This document shows, piece by piece, positions 11,420 through 22,799 of a stretch of 64,000 nucleotides of DNA (position 1 is the stretch's first letter; each line of letters begins with the position of its first letter). The DNA is from Convolutriloba macropyga. Lineage: Eukaryota. The position numbers and the translations under genes are program-made. The notes beneath the pieces were generated by a model, which searched no databases, was not told the DNA's origin, and saw only the letters and a program-made list of their open reading frames with translations. The stretch is taken from positions 44,888,001 to 44,952,000 of the forward strand of contig NC_134475.1 in the NCBI RefSeq assembly GCF_964194025.1. Direction: 5' to 3'.

Positions 11420-14400
11420 CTTTGGGACCAAGTAAGAGTGAATAAGTTTTTTTATCCCCTATAACCATTTGAGAAACGCTAAGTATCGATTAGGTAGGCT
11501 GCAGGGGGCCAGGTATGAATGAATATGCTTTTTACCCCCCATAACCCTCTTGAGAAACGCTAAGTATCAATTTATTAGGCTGCAGGAGGACCAAGAATGA
11601 GTGAATAATTTTTTTTACCCTCTACACTATTTTTCAGAAATTCTAAGTATAGATTAGATAGGCTGCAGGGGGGCCAGGTATGAATGAATAGGTTTTTTAC
11701 CCCTATACCCTTTTTGAGAAACGCTAAGTATCGATTAGGTAGGCTGCAGGGGACCAGATATGAATGAGAAAGTTTTTTTTATACCCTGTACCTATTTTGA
11801 GAAATGCTAAGTATCGAATAGGTAGGCTGCAGGGAGACCAGGTATGAAAGAAAAAGTTTTTTGTACCGTCTCTACCCCTTTTGAGAAACGCTAAGTATCA
11901 ATTAGGTAGGCTGCAGGGGGACCAGGTTTGAATGAATAAGTTTTTCTGCGCCCTAAACCCCTTTGAGAAATGCTAAGTATCGAATAGGTAGGCTGCAGGG
12001 AGTCCAGGTATGAATGAAACAGTTTTTTTTACCATCTATGTCCCTTTTGAGAAACACTAAGTATGGATTATGTAGGCTGCAGGGGGACCAGGTACGAACG
12101 AATACGTTTTTTACCCTCTCTGCCCCTTTTGAGAAACGCTAAGTATCGATTAGGTAGGCTGCACGGGGAGCACGTATATATGAATATGTTTTTTTATCCA
12201 CTATACTCCTTTTGAGAAACGCTAAGTATCGAATAGGTAGGCTGCAGGGAGACCAAGTATGAACGAATAAGTTTTTTTACCCTCTGTATCCCTTTTGAGA
12301 AACGCTAAGTATGGATTAGATAGGCTGCAGGGAGACCAGGTATGAATGAGTAAGTTCTTTTACCCTCTGTATCCCTTTTGAGAAACGCTAAGTATGGATT
12401 AGATAGGCTGCAGGGGGACCAGGTATGAATGAGTAAGTTCTTTACTCACTATACCTCTTTTGAGAAACGCTAAGTACCGATTAGGTAGGCTGCAGGGGGA
12501 CCAGATATGAATGAATAAGTGTTTTACCCTCTATATGCCTTTTGAGAAAAGCTAAGTATCGATTAAGTAGGCTACAAGGAGACCAGGTATGAATGAAAAA
12601 GTTATTTTACCCTCTCTATCCCTTTTGAGAAACGCTAAGTATCAATTAGGTAGGCTGCAGGGGGACCAGGTTTGAATGAATAAGTTTTTCTGCGCCCTAA
12701 ACCCCTTTGAGAAATGCTAAGTATCGAATAGGAAGGCTGCAGGGAGACCAGGTATGAATGAAACAGTTTTTTTTACCATCTATTACCCTTTTGAGAAACA
12801 CTAAGCATCGATTAGGTAGGCTGCAGGGGGACCAGGTACGAATGAATGAAGTTTTTTACCCTCTCTACCCCTTTTGAGAAACGCTAAGTATCGATTAGGT
12901 AGGCTGCAGGGGGAGCACGTATATATGAAAATGTTTTTTATCCACTATACCCCTTTTGAGAAACACTAAGTATCAATTAGGTAGGCTGCAGGGAGACCAG
13001 GTATGAATGAATAAGTTTTTTTACCATCTCTACCCTTTTGAGAAACGCTAAATATCGATTAGGTAGGCTGCAGGGGGTATGATTGAATAAGTTTTTTACC
13101 CTCTACACTACTTTTCAGAAATTCTAAGTATAGATTAGATAGGCTGCAGGGCGGCCAGGTAGGAATGAATAGGTTTTTTTTACCCCTATACCATTTTTGA
13201 GAAACGCTAAGTATCGATTAGGTAGGCTGCAGGGGACCAGATATGAATGAGAAAGTTTTTTTTATCCCCTATACCCATTTTGAGAAATGCTAAGTATCAA
13301 ATAGGTAGGCTTCAGGGAGACCAGGTATTAGCGAATAAGTTTTTTACCCTCTACACTACTTTTCAGAAATTCTAAGTATGGATTAGATAGGCTGCAGGGG
13401 GACCAGGTATGAATGAGTAAGTTTTTTTACCCTCTGTATCCCTTTTGAGAAACGCTAAGTATTGATTAGATAGGCTGCAGGGGGACCAGGTATGAATGAG
13501 TAAGTTTTTTACTCCCTATACCTCTTTTGAGAAACGCTAAGTACCGAATAGGTAGGCTGCAGGGCGACCAGATATGAATGAATAAGTGTTTTACCCTCTA
13601 TATGCCTTTTGAGAAAAGCTAAGTATCGATTAAGTAGGCTACAAGGAGACCAAGTATCAATGAAAAGTTTTTTTACCCTCTCTATCCCTTTTGAGAAACG
13701 CTAAGTATCAATTAGGTAGGCTGCAGGGGGACCAGGTTTGAATGAAAACGTTTTTTTTACCATCTATACCCCTTTTGGGAAACGCTAAGTATCGAATAGG
13801 TAGGCTGCAGGGGGAGCACGTATATATGAAAATGTTTTTTATCCACTATACCCCTTTTGAGAAACACTAAGTATCAATTAGGTAGGCTGCAGGGAGACCA
13901 GGTATGAATGAATAAGTTTTTTAACCTCTACACTACTTTTCAGAAATTCTAATTATAGATTAGATAGGCTGCAGGGGGGTCAGGTATGAATGAATAGGTT
14001 TTTCTTACATCTATACCCTTTTTGAGAAACGCTAAGTATCGATTAGGTAGGCTGGAGGGGACAAGATATGAATGAGAAAATTTTTTCATCCCCTATACCC
14101 ATTTTGAGAAACGCTAAGTATCGATTAGGTAGGCTGCAGGGGGACCAGGTACGAATGAATAAATTTTTTACCCTCTACACTACTTTTCAGAAATTCTAAG
14201 TATAGATTAGATAGGCTGCAGGGGGGCCAGGTATGAATGAATAGGTTTTTTTTACCCCTATACCCTCTTTGAGAAACGCTAAGTATCGATTATGTAGGCT
14301 GCAGGGGACCAGATATGAATGAGAAAGTTTTTTTTATCCCCTATACCCATTTTGAGAAATGCTAAGTATCGAATAGGTAGGCTGCAGGGAGACCAGGTAT

Positions 14401-17400
14401 GAACGAATAAGTTTTTTTACCCTCTGTATCCCTTTTAAGAAACGCTACGTATGGATTAGATAGGCTGCAGGGGGACCAGGTATGAATGAGTAAGTTTTTT
14501 TACCCTCTGTATCCCTTTTGAGAAACGCTGAGTATGGATTAGATAGGCTGCAGGGGGACCAGGTATGAATGAGTAAGTTTTTTACTGCCTATACTTCTTT
14601 TGAGAAACGCTAAGTACCGATTAGGTAGGCTGCAGGGGGACCATGCTTGAATGAATAAGTTTTTCTGCGCCCTACACCCCTCTGAGAAATGCTAAGTATC
14701 GAATAGGTAGGCTGCAGGGAGACCAAGTATGAATGAAACAGTTTTTTTACCATCTATATCCCTTTTGAGAAACGCTAAGTACCGATTAGGTAGGCTGCAG
14801 GGGGACCATGCTTGAATGAATAAGTTTTTCTGCGCCCTACACCCCTCTGAGAAATGCTAAGTATCGAATAGGTAGGCTGCAGGGAGACCAAGTATGAATG
14901 AAACAGTTTTTTTACCATCTATATCCCTTTTGAGAAACGCTAAGTACCGATTAGGTAGGCTGCAGGGGGACCATGCTTGAATGAATAAGTTTTTCTGCGC
15001 CCTACACCCCTCTGAGAAATGCTAAGTATCGATTAGGTAGGTTTCAGGGAGGCCAGGTATGAATGAATAAGTTTTTTTACCATCTCTACCCCTTTTGAGA
15101 AACGCTAAGTATCGATTAGGTAGGCTGCAGGGGGACAAAGTATGAATGAATAAGTTTTTTACCCTCTCTTCCCCTTTTGAGAAACGCTAAGTATCGATTA
15201 GGTAGGCTGCAGGGAGACCAGGTATGAACGAAACAGTTTTTTTACCATCTATATCCCTTTTGAGAAACACTAAGTATCGATTAGGTAGGCTGAAGGGGGA
15301 CCAGGTACGAATGAATACGTTTTTTACCCTCTCTACCCCTTTTGAGAAACGCTAAGTATCGATTAGGTAGGCCGCAGGGAGACCAGGTATGAACGAAACA
15401 GTTTTTTTTACCATCTATAACCCTTTTGAGAAACGCTAAGTATCAATTAGGTAGGCTGCAGGGAGACCAGGTATGAAAGAATAACTTTTTTTTCACCCTC
15501 TATATCGCTTTTGAGAAACACTAAGTATCAATCAGGTAGGCTTCAGGAGGACCAGGTATGAACGAATAGGTTTTTTTACCCTCTAGATCCCTTTTGAGAA
15601 ACGCTAAGTTTGGATTAGATAGGCTGCAGGGTGACCAGGTATGAATTAGTAAGTTTTTAACTCCCTATACCCCTTTTGAGAAACGCTAAGTATCGATTAG
15701 GTAGGCTGTAGGGGGGCCAGATATGAATGAATAAAGTTTTCACGCTCTAAATTCCTTTTGAGAAACGCTAAGTATCGATTAAGTAGGCTACAGGGAGACC
15801 AGTTATGAATGAATAAGTTTTTTTACCCTCTATACCATTTTTGAGAAACACTAATTATCGATTAGGTAGGCTGCATGGGGACCAGGTATGAATGAAAAGG
15901 TTTTTTTACCCTCTCTATCCCTTTTGAGAAACGCTAAGTATCAATTAGGTAGGCTGCAGGGGGACCAGGTTTGGATAAATAAGTTTTTCTGCGCCCTACA
16001 CCCCTTTGAGAAATGCTAAGTATCGGATAGGTAGGCTGCAGGGAGATCAGTTATAAATGAAACAGTTTTTTTACCATCTATATCCCTTTTGAGAAAGACT
16101 AAGTATCGATTAGGTAGGCTGCAGGGGGACCAGGTATGAACGAATAAGTTTTTTCCCTCTCTATCCCTTTTGAGAAACGCTTAGTATCGATTAGGAAGGC
16201 TGCAGGGGGACCAGGTATGAATGAATAAGTTTTTTTTCCCTTTCTACCCCTTTTTAGAAACGCTAAGTATCGATTATGTAGGCTGCAGGGAGACCAGGTA
16301 TGAATGAATAAGTTAAGATTTTTAACCCTCTCTAACCCTTTTGGGAAACGCTTAGTATTGATTAGGTAGGCTGCAGGGAGACCAGGTATGAATGAATAAG
16401 TTTTTTTATCCTCTCTACCTTTTTTGAGAAACGCTTAGTATCAATTAGGTAGGCTGCAGGGAGACCAGGTATGAATGGATAAGTTTTTTTCCCTTTCTAC
16501 CCCTTTTTAGAAACGCTAAGTATCGATTATGTAGGCTGCAGGGAGACCAGGTATGAATGAATAAGTTAAGATTTTTAACCCTCTCTACCCCTTTTGGGAA
16601 ACGCTTAGTATTGATTAGGTAGGCTGCAGGGAGACCAGGTATGAATGAATAAGTTTTTTTATCCTCTCTACCTTTTTTTAGAAACGCTAAGTATCGATTA
16701 GGTAGGCTGCAGGGGGAGCAGGTATAAAATGAATATGTTTTTACCCACTATACTGCTTTTGAGAAACGCTAAGTATCGATTAGGTAGGCTGAAGGGAGAC
16801 CAGGTATGAATGAAAAAGTTTTTTTATCCTCTCTACCCCTTTTGAGAAACGCTTGGTATCGATTAGGTAGTCTGCAGGGAGACCAGGTATGAATGAATAA
16901 GTTTTTTTACCCTCTCTACCCCTTTTGAGAAACGCTTAGTATCGATTAGGTAGGCTGCAGGGGGACCAGATATGAATGAATAATTTTTTTTCCCTCTCTA
17001 CCCCTTTTTAGAAACGCTAAGTATCGATTAAGTAGGCTGCAGGGAGACCAGGTATGAATGAATAAGTTTTCTACCCTCTCTACCCCTTTTGGGAAACGCT
17101 TAGTATCGATTAGGTAGGCTGCAGGGAGACCAGGTATGAATGAAACGGTTTCTTTTATCCTCTCTACCCCTTTTGAAAAACGCTTAGTATCAATTAGGTA
17201 GGCTGCAGGGAGACCAGGTATGAATGGATAAGTTTTTTTACCCTCTCTACCCCTTTTTAGAAACGCTAAGTATCGATTAGGTAGGCTGCAGGGGGAGCAC
17301 GTATCAATGAATATGTTTTTTACCCACTATACCTCTTTTTTTAGAAACGGTAATTATCGATTAGGTAGGCTGTAGGGGGACCAGGTACGAATGAATAAGT

Positions 17401-17545
17401 TCTTTTACCCCTACACCCCTTTTGAGAAATGCTAAGTATCGACTAGGTAGGCTTCAGGGGGACAAGGTATGAACGAATAATTTTTCTACCCCAAATTTTC
17501 CTTTTGAGAAATTCTTAGTATCGATTAGGTAGGCCGCAGGGGAAT
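11420..17545 (+). repeat. Satellite A array 1 (~82-83 bp unit, about 74 copies)
   Basis: Consensus GAGAAACGCTAAGTATCGATTAGGTAGGCTGCAGGGGGACCAGGTATGAATGAATAAG(T)nACCCTCTATACCCCTTTT. Confidence 0.97.
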
Positions 17546-18247
17546 GGATGATTTAGTTTTAAAAAAGATAGTGTAAAACTCATTTCCTCATTGTCATGGA
17601 ATAGAGACGCGAAAACAACAAGTTCATAGTTACCTCCGTAGATCATCTGTGTTGATTGTAGCAATCTGTCATGATCTACCCTACAACTGACCTAAGTGTC
17701 TAAGTGATCTCAGTGACTGTTTGGGAATGGTGATAAAATTTTGTGAACTGGTGCCGTCTATTTTTCACAATAGAATTTCTCTAAACCAGCTAGTTCTACT
17801 TCCTGATCAATGGGGTTGCGAAAGTCAAGAAGGCAAAGAGTTTACTGTCGTCAAGCGAGTACAGTTCCTGTTACTCTTTGGACTATTTATCTCAATACTT
17901 GTTTCTCCAGACAAGACTTACTAATAAATTCCCCAAAATATAGTAATCATGAACAATTAATTGTACAAATAAGAGCTTCATCTAATGAATTGGAAAGAAT
18001 AATTCCTTCCGAGAAGATTGGGAAAAGATTTAGAAGTAAAGTTTGCCGTAAAAAAGATAGCAAGTTTTAACAGCACTAACCATAGCATCCTTTTCTTTCC
18101 CCCTTGCTCCCACCTTCTGCTCCCATACCCATCCTGCTCCCTACTTGCTTTCAGTTTTGCTCTCCGTTGAGCTCTACCCTCGCTCCCAGGTTTGATACTT
18201 CGCCCTGCTCCCACCTCAGTCTCCGGCATGCTCTCCTCTCCGCTTCG
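17545..18247. other. Unique block U (copy U1) between satellites A and B
   Basis: Non-tandem sequence found four times (17545, 19640, 29903, 32239); ends in a pyrimidine-rich TGCTCCC-motif tract. Confidence 0.85.
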
Positions 18248-19439
18248 TAGCTTAAGACCCAAAACACAAGTTATTTTTCACCTTTATATATATACACTCT
18301 TTATATGTTCAAGTTAAAATTCGTTTAGGTAACCAGCAGTTAACTTAGGATCCAGGGTACGAGTTATTTTTTATCAATACTCTTTATATGTACAAGTTAA
18401 AAATCGCTTAGGTAACCAGCAGGTATCTAGGATCCAATACAAAAGGTGTTTTTCACCAAAACTATTCAAATGTACAAGTTGAAACTCGCTTAGGTAACCA
18501 GCCGGTAGCTTAGAATCATATACACAAGGTATTTGTCACCAATACTCTTCATCTGTACAATTTAAATATCGCTTAGGTTACCAGCACGTAGATTAGGATT
18601 CAATACACAACTTATTTTCCACCAACCCTCTTTAGATGTATAAGTTAAATCTCGCTTAGGTAACCAGCAGTTAGCTTAGAATCCAATTCACAAGGTATTT
18701 TTCACCAAAATTCTTCGTATGTACAAGTTAAAACTCGCTTGGGCAACCAGCAGGTAGCTTGGGATCGAATACACAAGTTTTTTTTCACCAATACTCTTCA
18801 TATGTACAAGTTAAAAATCGCCTAGGTAACCAGCAGGTAGATTAGGATCCAATACACTAGTTATTTTCCACCAACCCTCTGTTTATGTACAAGTTAAAAC
18901 ACGCTTAGGTAACCACCAGTTTGCTTAGGATCCAATACACAAGATATTTTTTTACCAATACTCTTCAAATGTTCAAGTTAAAAACTGCTTATGTAAACAG
19001 CAGGTAGCTTAGGATCCAAAACACAAGGTACTTTTCACCAATGCTCTTCATATGTACAAGATAAAACTCGCTTAGGTAACCAGCAGGCAGCTTAGGATCC
19101 AAAACACAAGCTGTTTTTCACCAATACTCTTCAAATGTACAAGTTAAAACTCGCTTAAAAAACCAGCAGGTATTCCAGTATCCAATACACAAGTAATATT
19201 TTACCAATACTCTTCATATGTACAAGTTAAAACTCACTTGGGTAACCAGCAGGTAGCTTAGCATCCAAGACACAAGTTATCTTTTACCAATACATTTCAC
19301 ATTTGCAAGTTAAAAATCGCTTAGGTAACCAGCAGGTAGATTAGGATCCAATACACAAGTTATTTTCCAACAACCCTCTTTATATTTACAAGTTAAAACC
19401 CGCTTAGGTAACCAGCAGGTAGCTTAGGATCCAATACAC
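18248..19439 (+). repeat. Satellite B array 1 (~83 bp unit, about 14 copies)
   Basis: Consensus TGTACAAGTTAAAACTCGCTTAGGTAACCAGCAGGTAGCTTAGGATCCAATACACAAGTTATTTTTCACCAATACTCTTCATA. Confidence 0.95.
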
Positions 19440-19640
19440 GTTAAGTATCGGTTAGGTAGGATGCAGGGAGACCAGGTATGAATGAATAGGTTCTTTTACC
19501 CCCTACACTCCATTTGAGAAATGCTATGTATCGATTAGGTAGGCTGCAGGGTGACCAAGTATGAACGAATAATTTCTTTACCCCTATTTCCATTTTGAGA
19601 AATGCTAAGAATCGATTAGGTAGGCTGCAGGGGAATGGAT
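19440..19640 (+). repeat. Short satellite A array (about 2.5 units)
   Basis: Abrupt B-to-A switch at CCAATACAC|GTTAAGTATCG. Confidence 0.9.
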
Positions 19641-20082
19641 GAATTAGTTTTACACCGTAAAGGGTTTGCGCAAAAAAGTGCACCTTGAGAATTAGGAGAA
19701 AAGCTTTTTTCCTCATTGTCATGGAATAGAGACGCAAAAACAACAAGTTCATAGTTACCTCCGTAGATCATCTGTGTTGATGGTAGCAATCTGTCATAAT
19801 CTACCCTACAACTGATCTAAGTGTCTAATTGAGCTCAGTGACTGTTTGGGAATGGTGATGCGTGTTAAAATTTTGTAAACTGGTGTCGTCTATTTTTCGC
19901 AATAGAGTTTCTCTAAACCAGCAAGGTCCACTTCCTGATCAATGGGGTTGCCAAAGTCAAGAAGGCAAAGAGTTTACTGGCGTTAAGCGAGTACAGTTCC
20001 TGTTACTCTTTGAACTGTTTATCTCAATACTTGTTTCTCCAGACAAGACTTTCTCATAAATTCCCCAAAATATAGTAATCAT
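19620..20082 (-). pseudogene. OTU-like cysteine protease pseudogene within block U' (also about 32220-32681; more decayed in U1 and U2)
   Basis: Minus-strand frame from ATG at 20082 gives SGSGPCWFRE (19909-19938) and then LRSVVG*IM; after a frameshift, YGGNYELVVFASLF (19724-19765). These resemble the OTU motifs GDGNCLFR, LR..V...M and WGG..EL..F..LF. Confidence 0.45.
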
Positions 20083-20419
20083 GAACAATCAATTGTACAA
20101 ATAAGAGCTTCATCTAATGAAGTGGAAAGAATAATTCCTTCCGTGAAGATTGAGAAAAGATTTAGAAGTAAAGTTTGCCGTAAAAAAGATAGAAAGTTTT
20201 AACAGAATTAACCATAAAATCCTTTTCTGTCCCCCTTGCTCCCACCTTCTGCCCCATACCCATCCTGCTCCCTACCTGCTTTCAGTTTTAATCTCTGTTG
20301 AGCTCTACCCTCGCTCCCAGGTTCGATCCACCGCCCTGCTCCCACCTCGGTCTCCGGCATGCTCTCCACGGATTGTTCTCCGTTTCGCTCACACTTCTGC
20401 TTCCCACACTGCTCTAGGA

Positions 20420-20857
20420 CGTAGCTTAAGACCCAATACACAAGATATTTTTCACCATTACTCTTTATGTGTTTAAGGTAAAACTCGCTTAGGTAACCAT
20501 CAGTTAGCTTAGGATCCAAGGTACAAGTTATTTTTGATCAATACTCTTCATATGTACAAGTTAAAATTCGCTTAGGTAACCAGCAGGTATCTTAGGATCC
20601 AATACAAAAGGTATTTTTCACCAATACTATTCATATGTACAAGTTAAAACTCGCTTGGGTAACCAGCCGGTAGCTTAGAATCCAATACACAAGGTATTTC
20701 TCGCCAATACTCTTCATATGTACAATTTAAAAATCGCTTAGGTTACCAGCACGTAGATTAGGATCCAATACACAAGTTATTTTCCACCAACCCTCTTTAT
20801 ATGTATAAGTTAAAATTCGCTTAGGTAACCAGCAGGTAGCTTAGAATCCAATCAGAA
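20420..20857 (+). repeat. Satellite B array 2 (about 5 units), cut by the duplication junction
   Basis: B consensus; ends abruptly where polB sequence restarts. Confidence 0.9.
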
Positions 20858-22339
20858 TATATGGTAAACAGAGCTTTCAAAAAAACATGTGAAGGTAAAC
20901 GTAACCGGATCAAGGTCAAGCTGGTACATGATGAACATGAAGCATTGAAATCGACTAGCAGACCTTAGGTGAAAACTTTTCAAATCATTGCCAATGATTT
21001 GGCTACAGTAAGTCTCAACAAGACCAAAATATTATATGATAAACCTACAACCGTTGGAGCATGTATCCTCGACCTCTCGAAAAAATTCGTGTTTGAGTTT
21101 CACTACAAAACCATGTAACACAACTTTGAATGCAAAATCCTTTATTCTGACACGGATTAGTTTGTTTACGAGGGGCAAATAGAGGATTTTTTGTGCACAT
21201 AGAATCAAAACAAATGAAGGAGACGTTTGACTTGTCCAACTTTCCAAAGAACCATCAGCAATACGATGAAACCAACGCAAAAGTGACGCTCAAGTTCAAG
21301 AATGAGATGGCTGGTTGAACAGTGTCTGAATTTGTAGGTCTCAAGCCAAAACACTACTCGATCAAACTTTCGGAAGGTAAACATTTCTTTTTTTATTCGC
21401 TAGCTTTTTGCTTCGCAGGCGTCAAGAAAAATCAGTGAGACGACGTGATTGATGATGCACTTTTTGTCTGCTTTTTCTTTAGTAGCTACAATTGAAATCA
21501 GTTTTCTAAAATTGATCGGAAATTTTTTTCTCAAGTGATGGGAAACAGCCAGCTAAAGGTGTCACCAAAGAAGCTGGCCAGAGAATAACTCATGAATTGT
21601 ACAAGCAAGTTCTCATGGGTGGAGATACTGTGTGCCTGGTAAATACAAGAATTGCATCAAGCAAACATCAGTTGATGACAGTTATTAACAACAAAAAATC
21701 GTTGTCCGGATACGACGACAAGCGCTATCTTTGCCAGGACAAAATAACGACGCTACCATACGGCCATGAGCAGTTGCGAGATGAAATGTTTGCAAAACAG
21801 ATTATTGCAACCCAGATTGGGGTTCAAGTGATAAGAGTGAGAACGAAGTCCTGGCAGAGTCTTCCTTGGGACAAAGACCATCACCTACTCATTATACTCC
21901 ACAACCAGAGCTGCAAGGGTTTTGGTCTCCCCCTTAACTGGATCTCAACCAACGATCATACAGCAATGATGAACTTGAAGGGTACTTGATTGACTTTGAA
22001 CTGTTGAGTGAACAAGAAGACACTTCCGACCACGACAGGTGCTTATTTTTAGACGATGAAGCCCTGGAATCAGATTGAAGTGAAAGTATTCTCGACATTT
22101 GCACTACCTCAGCAGTGTTTTCTCTCGAAAACCCTCCTGATGAGCCACGAAAAAAAAAAACAAAATGCAGGTCAGACTCGAATCTGGACAAGAACAGCGT
22201 CCTTAATATTACACCAAAAAAATATCTCACAAGCCCAAAACAGTTTGAAATTGTTTCCGACGACGACAGTGATATTCCTCAGAAAATCAAGAAGCGGTCA
22301 GTAATTGAACTGGACTTTGATAGTGCTGGTCCGCTATAA
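20858..22339 (+). pseudogene. polB: Duplicated 3' part of polB
   Basis: Copy of 9485-10963; has YSDTD; the intron-2 acceptor is mutated (CAG to CAA). Confidence 0.9.
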
Positions 22340-22799
22340 ATTCATGACTCTATCTACCGTTCATGACAATCAGTTATGTGGTAATGTGGTTGTCTACCTT
22401 CCGGTTTGGCCTACATACCGTAAATAAAAAACTTTTCACTTCATCTCCCAGTGAAGTCAAAAATTTTTCTACAACAAGGGACACTATCTAAATCATTACA
22501 CAGTAGGATTTAAATAAACGGATATCTTTTTTTAGATGAGTTCAAATTCTATTGAAAATTTTGTCTAATAGCTTGGCTCCTGGTAGCTAGGATTGAATAT
22601 TTAGATCTTTTTTACCCTTATGAGCACTACAGAACACTCGTCTTGAATGGCTCGGCTTTGTTAACCCCTAAGGTTACTACAGAAGACGATAACCCTCAAA
22701 TAGCTCAAATATCGGTATGCTAGGATTGAACATAATAAATCATTTTTGACCTTTAGGGCACTACAGAACACGTTAAATACCGAAACAATAATTTTCTTA

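Noticed and set aside
17721-20519. Short ORFs in U and U' from the ORF track (and their duplicates at 30080-33118)
   Set aside because: No recognisable motifs; several run into satellite or low-complexity DNA; recurrence reflects duplication only.
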